A stretch of 64,000 nt of DNA, from contig CAVUDP010000002.1 of assembly GCA_963740315.1 (NCBI GenBank), positions 992,001 to 1,056,000 on the forward strand, in the 5' to 3' direction. The notes below the pieces were generated by a model. That model searched no databases. It was not told the origin of the DNA and saw nothing but the letters and a program-made list of their open reading frames with translations. Shown piece by piece: positions 24,245 to 34,472 of this stretch (position 1 is the stretch's first letter; each line of letters begins with the position of its first letter). This DNA is from an uncultured cyanobacterium. GTDB lineage: Bacteria; Cyanobacteriota; Cyanobacteriia; Cyanobacteriales; Nostocaceae. The translations under genes and the position numbers were made by a program.

Positions 24245-25192
24245 ATGGCAAAACGAACTCAAGCACCCTCCGTAGAAGTAAGATTGCTGCGTGAAGGAAT
24301 TATTGAATCAAAACATACAGTCCAAGCTGCACTGTGTGACGAACGGGGACGGGTGCTTTCTGTCGCCGGAAACGCCGAAACGGCTACATTTGCTCGTTCG
24401 GCGCTCAAGCCATTTCAAGCCCTCGCCGTGACAACTACGGGAACTTTAGAACGCTATAACCTCAACGACAAAGATTTAGCAATTATTTGTAGTTCCCACG
24501 ACGGAAGCATAGAACATGTCAGACAAGTATTTAATATTTTATGGCGAGCCGACATTGATCCCACAGCAATTCAATGTCCCGTTCCTCCCGGTAAGCGCAG
24601 CAGCTTGGAATATAACTGTTCTGGCAAACACGCGGGGATGTTAGCAGTAGCTCAGCAATGCAATTGGTCCTTGACTAATTACTTAGAGCGCAAGCACCCC
24701 GTACAGCAATTGGTATTGAACAAAGTCTCGGAATTGTTGCGAATGCCCGCAGCAGAATTTATCAGCGCCCACGATGATTGCGGCGTACCGACTTATTTAA
24801 TGCAACTCTGTCAAATCGCTACACTTTACGCTCGTTTAGCAGATGGTAACAGTTTGGATATGGAGCGGATCGTCCGTGCGATGAATCATCATCCGACGAT
24901 GTTAGCTGGTGAAGGCAAATTTGACACCGAACTGATGCGTTTAGCTCCAGGAGAACTAATCTCTAAATCAGGTGCCGAAGGATTGCAGTGCATTAGCAGG
25001 CTTGGTGAAGGCATGGGTTTAGTAATTAAAGTCATAGATGGAGCCAAACGGGCAAAATATGCCGTAGCCATTCATTTACTAACTCAACTCGGTTGGATTA
25101 CCCCCAGCACCGCCCAAGCCCTTGAAGAAAAATTTATGACATTGGCTCAATACAAGCGTTTGGAAGTTGTTGGAGAATTATCAATGTTGTAG
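24245..25192 (+). CDS. L-asparaginase II family protein
   Basis: RSALKPFQ, SSH, NCSGKHAGML, DDCG and SKSGAEG motifs. Start placed at ATG 24245. Confidence 0.88.
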   Translation: MAKRTQAPSVEVRLLREGIIESKHTVQAALCDERGRVLSVAGNAETATFARSALKPFQALAVTTTGTLERYNLNDKDLAIICSSHDGSIEHVRQVFNILWRADIDPTAIQCPVPPGKRSSLEYNCSGKHAGMLAVAQQCNWSLTNYLERKHPVQQLVLNKVSELLRMPAAEFISAHDDCGVPTYLMQLCQIATLYARLADGNSLDMERIVRAMNHHPTMLAGEGKFDTELMRLAPGELISKSGAEGLQCISRLGEGMGLVIKVIDGAKRAKYAVAIHLLTQLGWITPSTAQALEEKFMTLAQYKRLEVVGELSML

Positions 25193-25221
25193 TTGACATA
25201 AAATAGAGTTTAGGTTATATT
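25193..25221 (+). promoter_or_regulatory. Sigma70-type promoter of the tRNA
   Basis: TTGACA (25193-25198), 17 nt, TATATT (25216-25221). Confidence 0.75.
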
Positions 25222-25233
25222 AAATAAAGACGA

Positions 25234-25310
<77 letters not shown>

Positions 25311-25324
25311 AATTAAATATAAAT

Positions 25325-25362
25325 GAATCCTCACGATTTTTATAATTGTGAGGATTTGTTTG
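25325..25362 (+). terminator. Terminator-like hairpin after the tRNA
   Basis: AATCCTCAC...GTGAGGATT followed by TGTTTG. Confidence 0.6.
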
Positions 25363-25529
25363 TAGTAAGCGATTTATCGCTCCAAATTAATTCGCTGCAC
25401 TTAAAAATTAATTGAACGAAAAATTACAAAAAAATCAAAACCCGTTGCTTCATCTTTGTAATTCTTTATCAACAAGATTTTGATATACTCTGGAAAATAT
25501 TAACCATCCATCATCATTGGGTTTTAATC

Positions 25530-26972
25530 ATGGTTTGGAAATTAAAGCGTCCTATTTTAGTGGGAGGAGTGGGTTTATCCTTTACTCTATGGATGTTAAA
25601 TTGGCATCAAATGATGCAGCTTGGCGAATTTAGCTTATTAAGTTTGCTTGCAGTTGGTGGTGGTTTGTGGTTAATTAAAACAAATCTTCCCAAACGTACC
25701 GAAGAGCAGTTAAATGAAATGGCTATCGATCGCGCCACGGTAGAAAATACTATTGCGGCTAGTGCGATCGCCATCAATAAATTGGTAGAAGAATCGGGGG
25801 ATTGTGGGGAAGCGCTAGAAAAAGCCGCTTTACTACAAGAAAAAATTCCGTACTTACAGAATGAATTAGATAGAGAATCAATTAAATTAGCAGTTACTGG
25901 TGGTAAATCGGTGGGTAAAACCACTTTGATTCAAGTTTTGCAGAATCAAATTGCATCTGTAGAATTTCAGGAAACATCACCTTTATTTATTCAAGGGAAT
26001 TCGGATACTGCTGCAATAGATAATGCTGCAAAATCCGACTTTGTGCTGTTTCTCACCAATGGTGATTTGACAGAGACAGAATTTCAAAGTTTAGAACAGT
26101 TAAAAGCTAAAAATCAACGGTTGATGTTGGTTTACAATAAACAAGATCGGTGTTTACCGGATGAACGTGCTAGCGTAAAGAATTCTTTAAAACAGCGAGT
26201 TGGTGGAAATGTCGCAGCAACAGCAGCTTCACCTCAAGAAATCAAAGTACGCAAGCATCTTGAAGATAATTCCGTGCAAGAATGGATGGAAAAACCAGCG
26301 CCGGATATTCAAGATTTAACCCAGCAACTGGATAAAATATTAACTCAAAGACAGCAATTGGTATGGGCAACTACGATGAGAAAAGCCAAGTTGCTCAAAA
26401 CAGAAACCAAAGACTTATTAAATGGAATTAGAAAATTACGAGCTACTCCAGCGATCGAACAATATCAGTGGATAAGTGCGGCTGCGGCATTTGCAAACCC
26501 AGTACCCGCCCTTGATATACTCGCGACTGCGGCAATTAACGCTCAAATGGTAATTGATTTGGGTGGAGTTTATCAGCATCCGTTTTCTTTAGAGCAAGCC
26601 AAAACCGTTGCTGGAGAAATGGGAAGCTTGATGTTGAAATTGGGTTTAGTGGAACTTTCTACCAAGACAATTAGTACAGTCTTGAAAAGTAACGCCATTA
26701 CCTTTGTTGCTGGTGGAGTTGTACAAGGTGTAAGTGCAGCTTATTTAACAAGAATTGCCGGTTTAGCTTTAATTGAATATTTCGAGCAGCAAGAAATCGC
26801 TGCAAATTCCGGAAGCGAATTCAACTTAGAAAAATTCGGACAAAGTTTACAGCAAGTATTTGCCCAAAATCAGCAAGTGGTATTTTTGCAAAATTTTGTT
26901 CAGCAAGGTGTTAAGCGTTTGTTACCAGAATCTGAGAATCAAGTTGTTGCAATTGAGAATGCAGCAGTTTAA
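25530..26972 (+). CDS. GTPase-like domain plus DUF697/YcjF family protein
   Basis: GGKSVGKT, NKQD and AAAAFANPVPALD motifs. Confidence 0.8.
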   Translation: MVWKLKRPILVGGVGLSFTLWMLNWHQMMQLGEFSLLSLLAVGGGLWLIKTNLPKRTEEQLNEMAIDRATVENTIAASAIAINKLVEESGDCGEALEKAALLQEKIPYLQNELDRESIKLAVTGGKSVGKTTLIQVLQNQIASVEFQETSPLFIQGNSDTAAIDNAAKSDFVLFLTNGDLTETEFQSLEQLKAKNQRLMLVYNKQDRCLPDERASVKNSLKQRVGGNVAATAASPQEIKVRKHLEDNSVQEWMEKPAPDIQDLTQQLDKILTQRQQLVWATTMRKAKLLKTETKDLLNGIRKLRATPAIEQYQWISAAAAFANPVPALDILATAAINAQMVIDLGGVYQHPFSLEQAKTVAGEMGSLMLKLGLVELSTKTISTVLKSNAITFVAGGVVQGVSAAYLTRIAGLALIEYFEQQEIAANSGSEFNLEKFGQSLQQVFAQNQQVVFLQNFVQQGVKRLLPESENQVVAIENAAV

Positions 26973-26993
26973 ATTTTTCAAAATAGTAATAAT

Positions 26994-27019
26994 GTAGAGA
27001 CGTAGCACTGCTACGTCTC
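26994..27019 (+). repeat. GTAG REP-like palindrome
   Basis: GTAGAGACGTAGCACTGCTACGTCTC. Confidence 0.85.
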
Positions 27020-27514
27020 ATTGTTTTTGTTTATAGATACAAATTCAGCAAAATCTTCAGTCGTAATATAGCCTTGTTGGATTGCGATATTAAAAATTTT
27101 GTTAACAAAGCTATTCATGATTTTTACAACTTGAGACAAACATAAATTACAAGATTTATATTTACCAGTACCTAAAAAAGTATATTCACAAATTACTTCG
27201 TCTTTATTTTGAATTGGATGAAATGTTAAATCTAAATAGCTACCAAAGCATATATAAATTCTATCTCCAACAGATAATTTAATAATTTGTTCGTGCCATC
27301 TATCTTCCAAAGCATCGAGGATATCGTGATATAGATATAAAATAATTTTCTTATCGCCTATTTCTAATAAAATATTGCGATTGTTATTAAAACAAAACCG
27401 TTTCAAGCCAATTTCAAAATCTGTATATTCATTTAATTCGTCTTCTGGGTAATCATAAAAATAATCTTTTATAAATTCTTGTAATTGAAGATTAAAACTT
27501 TGATAATTATGCAT
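27011..27514 (-). CDS. Hypothetical protein (very AT-rich)
   Basis: 167-aa ORF with no recognised motif; the stop codon lies inside the REP palindrome. Confidence 0.65.
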   Translation of the reverse strand: MHNYQSFNLQLQEFIKDYFYDYPEDELNEYTDFEIGLKRFCFNNNRNILLEIGDKKIILYLYHDILDALEDRWHEQIIKLSVGDRIYICFGSYLDLTFHPIQNKDEVICEYTFLGTGKYKSCNLCLSQVVKIMNSFVNKIFNIAIQQGYITTEDFAEFVSINKNNET

Positions 27515-27521
27515 TTAAATT

Positions 27522-28035
27522 GTAGGGTGTGTTATTGCGCGATAAATAATTTTGTTTTTAACGAAGTACATATCTTACGCGCCTAACGCACCGTTTTGAT
27601 ATCGAGTTATAAATACAAATTGCCGTAAAGCATTAATCCCGGATGGTGCGTTAAACGTATCAAATTATCGTTTCAATTATATATAGTTGTGCGTTTGACA
27701 CAATGGCAATAAAGCCCGAAGTTAATCTACACCGCTTTTTGCCTCCCCTACAATCTTAAAAAAGTAATATGTTGCAATAATTATGGTGCGATCGCTTCAC
27801 GTTTGCCGTAATACATCAATCCCGGATGGTGCGTTAAACCTATAAAATTATCGTTTCAATTATATATAGTTGTGCGTTTAACACACCCTACAATTAAAAA
27901 AAAGCAATATGTTGCGATAATTATGGTGCGATCGCTTGACGTTTGCCATAACCAACTTAATCTCGGATGGTACGTTAAACATATATGAATAGTCGTTAAA
28001 ATCATATATAGTTGTGCGTTTAACACACCCTACAA
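27522..28035. repeat. Array of long-loop REP-like elements (GTAGGGTGTGTTA...TAACGCACC): one + copy and three inverted copies in ~140-bp tandem units
   Basis: Units begin at 27620, 27803 and 27943; the first carries a 43-bp insert. Confidence 0.9.
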
Positions 28036-28134
28036 GAATAAATTTCTAAAATAAACGTCCAATCGATCGAAAATAGTATTACTCTACATATTAAGAAGAT
28101 AAAATCATCATTAGTATAAAGTATAAAAAAAAAG

Positions 28135-28815
28135 ATGGCAGCAGAACATTCCGATATTGATATTGCGCCATTTATCGATCACTCTCTACTTCATCCGATC
28201 GCTACTCAACAACAGGTTGAGCAATGGTGTGAAGAAGCAGATAGATATCATTTTGCGGCGGTTTGCATTCAACCTACTTGGGTACGTCTTGCAACGGAAC
28301 TTTTGCATGGAAAACAGCCGAAAGTCTGTACTGTAATAGGGTTTCCTACTGGTGCTACGACTTCCGCAGTTAAGCTGTATGAAGCACAAGAAGCAGCGGA
28401 AAACGGTGCAACTGAGTTAGATGTAGTCATGAATTTGGGCTGGTTGAAGGCTGGTAAAACTGAGGAGATACATCGGGAAATTGCCGCTATTTGCGAACAA
28501 ACCGGACTTGTCAAAGTAATTTTAGAAACGAATTTATTAACCGATACTGAGAAACAAATGGCTGCTGAGGTATCGATGGATGCAGGTGCGGCGTTTTTGA
28601 AGACTAGTACTGGTTGGAATGGTGGTGCAACATTAGCAGATGTGAAGCTTTTAAAGGAAGTAGCCAAAGACAGAATTGAAATTAAAGCTTCGGGGGGTAT
28701 TCGCACTGTTGACCAGGCTTTAGAATTAATATTAGCAGGTGCTACTAGATTAGGTACTTCTAGAGGTGTGGATTTGCTTCGTCAGCGTAAAGAAGGATCT
28801 AAGGTTAAAGGTTAA
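28135..28815 (+). CDS. deoC: Deoxyribose-phosphate aldolase
   Basis: IDHSLL, VIGFPTG, KVILET, LKTSTG and KASGGIR motifs. Confidence 0.96.
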   Translation: MAAEHSDIDIAPFIDHSLLHPIATQQQVEQWCEEADRYHFAAVCIQPTWVRLATELLHGKQPKVCTVIGFPTGATTSAVKLYEAQEAAENGATELDVVMNLGWLKAGKTEEIHREIAAICEQTGLVKVILETNLLTDTEKQMAAEVSMDAGAAFLKTSTGWNGGATLADVKLLKEVAKDRIEIKASGGIRTVDQALELILAGATRLGTSRGVDLLRQRKEGSKVKG

Positions 28816-28940
28816 AGGTTAAAGGTCAAAGGTTAAAGGTCAAAGGTCAAAGGTCAAAGGTTAAAGGTCAAAGGATTAAAACTTATCTTCCCCCTCTCCC
28901 CCCTCTCCCCCTCTTCCCCCTCTTCCCCCTCTCCCCCCTC
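28801..28940. repeat. (AAAGGT(T/C))n, about 10 copies, followed by a C-rich tract
   Basis: Directly visible; overlaps the deoC stop codon. Confidence 0.9.
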
Positions 28941-28985
28941 ATTACTAAAAACTACCTACTAGCCACTAACAACTATCAATCATTA

Positions 28986-29915
28986 ATGAGTAGAACGTAC
29001 AAAGCAACTGGAATTAATTTAAAAGCCCAAGCGTTTGGCGAGTCGGATCGGCTGGTGACAATTTTGACGCGGGAATTTGGATTGATTCGAGCCACCGCTC
29101 CAGGCGCACGCAAGCATCTTTCTAGTCTTGGCGGCAGAAGCGGAATCTTTGTGGTGAATGAATTACTGATTGCTAAAGGGCGAAGTATCGATAAAATTAC
29201 CCAAGCGCAAACTATCAAAAGTTATCCCGGCTTGGGAGGAGATTTGGGTAAATTAGCGGCTTCTCAGTATTTAGCGGAAATAGTACTCGCTCAAGCTTTA
29301 AGCGAACAACCTCAAGATGAACTGTTTGAACTATTTAACGAACATCTCAATCGTTTGGAAAAATTGTCCGCGAGTCGGAATGTTTTAGCATATCTGGTGC
29401 ATGGTGTTTACGGGCTTTTGACTTTGGCTGGTTTAAAGCCTCAAGTAGAAGCTTGCTGTTTAACTGAGAATCCGGTTACACCAGATTTTACTAATCCTAA
29501 ATCTCTAGTAGGTTTTAGCATCACCGCTGGTGGAGTTGTTTCAATGTCGGCTTGGGAAAATCTGCGAACAAAAATAGAAAAAAGCAGAATAGAAGAGAAC
29601 AATCGGTTAGAAATAGCGTCTGTTGCAGAATCTGGTGCAGTTTATTCTGTAAATCCTAAAGAGATTTCTTCTTCCCCCGTTTACGAAACTGTTTTCCATC
29701 AAGAAGAATTGCCCGCTTTACTGCGTCGGTTGAGTGCTGCGGAACTAGATTTATTACAGCAGCTCCCGCAATGGTCGATAATAGAAGAAACTGCTTCACA
29801 TGAAGACTGGTTATATATTGAACGTCTGTTAAGACAATATACTCAATACCATTTCGGTCGTTCAATTCGTTCGGCAGCTTTAATAGATTCTTTTTTCGCT
29901 ACAAATCGTGGCTAA
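28986..29915 (+). CDS. recO: DNA repair protein RecO
   Basis: [26 protein letters not shown]; deoC-recO synteny. Confidence 0.93.
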   Translation: MSRTYKATGINLKAQAFGESDRLVTILTREFGLIRATAPGARKHLSSLGGRSGIFVVNELLIAKGRSIDKITQAQTIKSYPGLGGDLGKLAASQYLAEIVLAQALSEQPQDELFELFNEHLNRLEKLSASRNVLAYLVHGVYGLLTLAGLKPQVEACCLTENPVTPDFTNPKSLVGFSITAGGVVSMSAWENLRTKIEKSRIEENNRLEIASVAESGAVYSVNPKEISSSPVYETVFHQEELPALLRRLSAAELDLLQQLPQWSIIEETASHEDWLYIERLLRQYTQYHFGRSIRSAALIDSFFATNRG

Positions 29916-30085
29916 GTTTAAAAAATCTGTGAAGATATTTAAGGTTTTTGCGGCATTATGCCAAAAAACTTATTTAACAAACCAATAAGCTGGTATTTTT
30001 TGGTTAGTAGGGTCTATTTTTCCCTTTGCTAAATTAACCATGCTTTTTCAAGTCCACCATACAGTAGATTAGAACTACAAACGAA

Positions 30086-31588
30086 ATGTCAGCAGGAGAC
30101 GTTTCTAAAAACGATAGAAATCAGCAAACACCGATGTCGGAATTACTTAAAACCGACACCAATAAAAATTGGGAAAATAAAACTAAAGATGAACTACATT
30201 CCCATCCCAGTAGCAAAAACAATAAACAGGAAAACGAGACAGCTACTGTGAATGCTCATAAGTCCGATTTATCCGCAGAAAAAAATGAAAAAAGTAATTT
30301 TGATAAAAATACAACCAAACAAGGGTTTTTACCCGTATTAACTAATCCCAATTTCCTTGCCCTATGGGGCGGTCAGGTATTTTGTCAGTTAGCAGATAAA
30401 GTATATTTGGTACTGATGATTGCTTTGATTGATTCTCAGTTTCAGTCACAAGGAAGCAGCATTAGCGGTTGGGTATCGGCGTTGATGATAACTTTTACCG
30501 TTCCCGCAGTACTATTTGGTTCTTTGGCGGGGGTATTTGTCGATCGCTGGGCGAAAAAAGCCGTGCTGGTGTCAACTAATATTTGGCGCGGTATTTTAGT
30601 TTTAGGAATTGTGCCGCTGCTATGGTTGGCTCGGGATTGGCGCGGTGTAGGTAATATTCCTGCTGGTTTCCTAATTATTTTGGCAGTAACTTTTTTGGTT
30701 TCCACCTTAACCCAGTTTTTTGCACCCGCAGAGCAAGCTGTTATACCTTTAATAGTAAAACCGCATAACTTGCTTTCGGCTAATTCGCTTTACACTACAA
30801 CGATGATGGCATCGGTAATTGTCGGATTCGCCATTGGAGAACCACTTTTATCAGCAGCAGACTCGTTATGGCTGCAATTTGGGGCTAGTGGTGGATTGGG
30901 AAAAGAAATTTTGGTAGGTGGATCTTATATCATCGCCGGATTAGTTTTACTTTTACTGACGACGAATGAGCAGCCCCAAGAAAAGAAAAAGCAATCTAAC
31001 GATATTTTTTCTGACTTAAAAGATGGTTTTGTGTATTTAGGAAAAAATCATCGTCTCCGCAATGCTTTGATTCAGCTAATCATCTTGTTTTCAGTTTTGG
31101 CTGCATTAACAGTATTAGCGGTTCGCGTAGCAGAAGTTATACCTAGTATTAAACCAGAGCAATTTGGCTTTTTGCTTGCATCTGGTGGCGTTGGTATCGC
31201 CGTTGGTGCAATAGTATTAGGTCAATTTGGGCAGCATTTTTCAACTTCAGCCTTAAGCTTGGCTGGATCTATGGGAATGGCAATTTCCCTGGCTGGTTTG
31301 GCGATATTCACCCAACAATTATGGGCTGTACTGTTTGCGATCGGTTTGTTAGGCGTGTCTGGCGCTTTAGTCGGTATTCCGTTACAAACTGCCATTCAAA
31401 CCGAAACCCCAACCAAAATGCATGGTAAAGTATTTGGTCTGCAAAACAATTTAGTTAATATTGCTCTGACTTTACCTTTAGCATTAGCAGGTATCGCAGA
31501 AAACTTTTTCGGATTGCAGACAGTCTTTTTAACATTAGCTGCGATCGTCTTTTGTGCTGGTATATTAACTAGGTACAAATCAGTTTAA
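30086..31588 (+). CDS. MFS transporter
   Basis: NFLALWGGQ, GVFVDRW and about 12 TM segments; start uncertain. Confidence 0.9.
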   Translation: MSAGDVSKNDRNQQTPMSELLKTDTNKNWENKTKDELHSHPSSKNNKQENETATVNAHKSDLSAEKNEKSNFDKNTTKQGFLPVLTNPNFLALWGGQVFCQLADKVYLVLMIALIDSQFQSQGSSISGWVSALMITFTVPAVLFGSLAGVFVDRWAKKAVLVSTNIWRGILVLGIVPLLWLARDWRGVGNIPAGFLIILAVTFLVSTLTQFFAPAEQAVIPLIVKPHNLLSANSLYTTTMMASVIVGFAIGEPLLSAADSLWLQFGASGGLGKEILVGGSYIIAGLVLLLLTTNEQPQEKKKQSNDIFSDLKDGFVYLGKNHRLRNALIQLIILFSVLAALTVLAVRVAEVIPSIKPEQFGFLLASGGVGIAVGAIVLGQFGQHFSTSALSLAGSMGMAISLAGLAIFTQQLWAVLFAIGLLGVSGALVGIPLQTAIQTETPTKMHGKVFGLQNNLVNIALTLPLALAGIAENFFGLQTVFLTLAAIVFCAGILTRYKSV

Positions 31589-31947
31589 AAGGATTATTAC
31601 TTATCAGCTTGATATTATAGCCCTGCCGAATTATTGGTTTTACTGTCGTGGTAAAATTACATGAGCCAAAATGTATCCCAAAATATTCAGGATCGAACCT
31701 GCATAAGGTAGACGCTATACATAGGGTCTTAATTTGTTATATAAAAACGTATAGTAATTGACAGCATGATGATGGCATAAATACATTATAAATTTACTTG
31801 TTTTAAAAACGTAAAAATTTGCGTTGTAAGTAATTAGAGTTGAGATATTATGATATCCACAAAGCCAAATGCAACAGTAAATTCATATCAGTCATATTTA
31901 CAGAAAAGCTGATCGAATAAACCCCCTTTCCAGATTACTAATCAAGA

Positions 31948-33111
31948 ATGCGTATAGCTTGGATTGGAAAAAAAACGCCCTTTTGTGGCAACGTTACCTA
32001 CAGTAGAGAAATTACAAATTCCTTGCTAGAGCGGGGACACGAAGTTAGCTTTCTTCATTTTGCTGCCGAAGTATCCCAAGGCTCAGAGGAGTTGAATTGT
32101 CCGGAGGTACCCCTACCTTTTATTTATAAGTCTCAGGTTTACACTATTCCTACGTTTAAAGCGACTAAAGTTTTAACTGAGTCGCTACGACGGATTAAAC
32201 CACACATCGTTCACGCTTCTCTGACTTTATCTCCCCTAGATTTTTTGCTGCCAGAAATCTGCGAAAAATTAAATTTACCTTTGATTGCTACTTTCCATAC
32301 TCCCTTTGCTGGTAAAGGAGCAAAACTTGTATCCGGAACCCAGCTTTTGGCGTATCAATTGTATGCACCTTTTTTAGGTAATTACAATAGCACAATAGTA
32401 TTTTCGCAACTTCAGCGAGAATTGCTGGCGCGTATGGGTGTACCCGCTGAAAATATTGCCGTTATTCCTAATGGAGTAGACGTTGATAAATATTCTCCCG
32501 GTTTTTCAGCCGTCAAAGCCGAATTTCAAGCCGAACGTTTATTTGTCTATCAAGGTAGATTAGCCCCTGAAAAGAACGTTGAACCTTTGCTACGCGCTTG
32601 GAAACAGGCTGAAATGGGATTGCAAAGTAAATTATTGATAGTTGGCGATGGTCCCCTAAGATCCGGTTTGGAGCCGTTTTACGGTCCCGAATCTGGCATT
32701 ATTTGGTTGGGATTCATTGCCGATGACAATCGACGCATCGAAATATTACGGGGAGCAGATGTATTTATATTACCATCTCTAGTCGAAGGTTTATCTTTAT
32801 CTCTACTAGAAGGAATGGCTTGCGGTTTGGCTTGTTTGGCTACTGATGTCGGTGCCGACGGAGAAGTACTGCAAGATGGAGCAGGTGTAGCCCTTGATAC
32901 AAATAGAGTGCGATCGCAATTACGCACTTTATTGCCGTTATTCCAGGATCATCCAGAATTAGGATTGATGTTAGGACAAAAAGCACGACAGCGAGTACTA
33001 GAACGTTATACTCTCAGCAAGAATATAACTCAACTAGAAAAGCTTTATGAAGAAGTCGTGAAAAGACAAAATTTACATTTTCGTCCCCATCACACTAAAA
33101 AAGCCGTTTGA
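31948..33111 (+). CDS. Glycosyltransferase family 4
   Basis: PNGVD, GRLAPEKN and EGLSLSLLEGMACG motifs. Confidence 0.9.
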   Translation: MRIAWIGKKTPFCGNVTYSREITNSLLERGHEVSFLHFAAEVSQGSEELNCPEVPLPFIYKSQVYTIPTFKATKVLTESLRRIKPHIVHASLTLSPLDFLLPEICEKLNLPLIATFHTPFAGKGAKLVSGTQLLAYQLYAPFLGNYNSTIVFSQLQRELLARMGVPAENIAVIPNGVDVDKYSPGFSAVKAEFQAERLFVYQGRLAPEKNVEPLLRAWKQAEMGLQSKLLIVGDGPLRSGLEPFYGPESGIIWLGFIADDNRRIEILRGADVFILPSLVEGLSLSLLEGMACGLACLATDVGADGEVLQDGAGVALDTNRVRSQLRTLLPLFQDHPELGLMLGQKARQRVLERYTLSKNITQLEKLYEEVVKRQNLHFRPHHTKKAV

Positions 33112-33203
33112 GTTTGACACGTTAACCTATTTTTTGTAGTGCGATCGCCAGCACCGTCATGTGCTTATGATGTCGCACTATATTTTTTTTGAGGTAAATA
33201 GGC

Positions 33204-33863
33204 GTGAATCTCGATCCAATCAAACTCAAATGGTTTCGTCGTCAATTATTAGCTTGGGGAAAACAACACCACAGAAAATTCCCTTGGCGCGATACAAAAG
33301 ACGCTTACGCTATTTTGGTAGCAGAATTCATGTTGCAAAAAACTAACGCGCCCTCAGTTGCTTCTTTGTACGAAGAATTTATAGAGCTATATCCGACAGT
33401 TGAAGCCTTAGCCGAAGCAGAATTTATCGAAATCAAAAATATTTTACAGCCTTTAGGACTTTCATTTAGAGCCGAAAGACTTTACAAAACAGCAAAAATA
33501 TTAATTGAAGAATATCAAGGGAAAATTCCGCATACAGAAGCAGAATTACTTAAATTACCCGGAGTTGGTAAATATACAGCCCGTTCAATTTGTGCCAATG
33601 CTTACGGGCAAAGTAAAGCAGTAATTGACACCAACGTAGCAAGGATTTTCGAGCGCTTCTTTGGTTTTGAAGGTGGGAGAGTAAAATCTCGTTGTCCCTT
33701 ATTATGGCAAGCAGCAGAAGAAATAGCGCCGCCTCGTAATGTGGGGATATGGAATCTGACGCTGTTTGATTTTGGTGCTGGGGTATGTACTGCAAAAAAT
33801 CCGCATTGCGATCGGTGTGTTTTGCAGAAAAGGTGTAATTATGTGAAACGTGAAAAAAATTAA
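33204..33863 (+). CDS. HhH-GPD DNA glycosylase with 4Fe-4S cluster (short MutY/Mig-like)
   Basis: FPWR, AEFMLQKT, LPGVGKYTA, IDTNV and C-X6-C-X2-C-X5-C. Confidence 0.88.
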   Translation: MNLDPIKLKWFRRQLLAWGKQHHRKFPWRDTKDAYAILVAEFMLQKTNAPSVASLYEEFIELYPTVEALAEAEFIEIKNILQPLGLSFRAERLYKTAKILIEEYQGKIPHTEAELLKLPGVGKYTARSICANAYGQSKAVIDTNVARIFERFFGFEGGRVKSRCPLLWQAAEEIAPPRNVGIWNLTLFDFGAGVCTAKNPHCDRCVLQKRCNYVKREKN

Positions 33864-33864
33864 T

Positions 33865-33890
33865 GTAGAGACGTAGCACTGCTACGTCTC
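33865..33890 (+). repeat. GTAG REP-like palindrome
   Basis: Identical to the copy at 26994. Confidence 0.85.
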
Positions 33891-33992
33891 CCCGTATTTT
33901 AGGTTGTATCGAGATAATTCAATTAAATAATATATACGATTGAAATTAAGTAAGTTATCTTTATATACATCAATTAATGCAAAAGCTAAATT

Positions 33993-34472
33993 ATGGATGA
34001 AGAAGAATTGCTGCAAAGGTATGCTGCTGGGGAGCGAGATTTCAGAGGGGCTGATTTGGGTGATGCCGATTTGGAAGGGGCTAATTTGAGTGGAATCAAC
34101 CTGAGTGGAGCCGAATTGGCAGATTCCATCTTGATTAATGCTGACTTTAGTGGTTGTGATTTAACTGATGCCAATATTAGCCAAGCTTGTTTGGTAGAGA
34201 TTAACTTGAGCGGTGCTAATTTGAGCCGAGCTTGTTTGTTTATGTGTAGCTTGAGGGATGCTAATTTGAGCGGTGCCAATTTGAGTAGTGCTGACCTCAA
34301 TTTAGCCTATTTAAACGGTGCTAACCTCACGAATGCCAATCTTAGGGGTACCGATTTGAGTAACACTTCAATCAATCCCCCTAACCCTATTTACTGTAAT
34401 ACCATCATGCCAGATGGAAGCATCCGAAATGATAATTGTGTTGATGATTCGTTAAAGCCGGAGATACATTAA
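33993..34472 (+). CDS. Pentapeptide repeat protein
   Basis: YAAGERDF, A(D/N)Lxx repeats and a TIMPDG cap. Confidence 0.92.
   Translation: MDEEELLQRYAAGERDFRGADLGDADLEGANLSGINLSGAELADSILINADFSGCDLTDANISQACLVEINLSGANLSRACLFMCSLRDANLSGANLSSADLNLAYLNGANLTNANLRGTDLSNTSINPPNPIYCNTIMPDGSIRNDNCVDDSLKPEIH

Noticed and set aside
27620..28035. Possible CRISPR array
   Set aside because: Period is 140 bp, intervening sequences are homologous rather than unique, and there are no cas genes.
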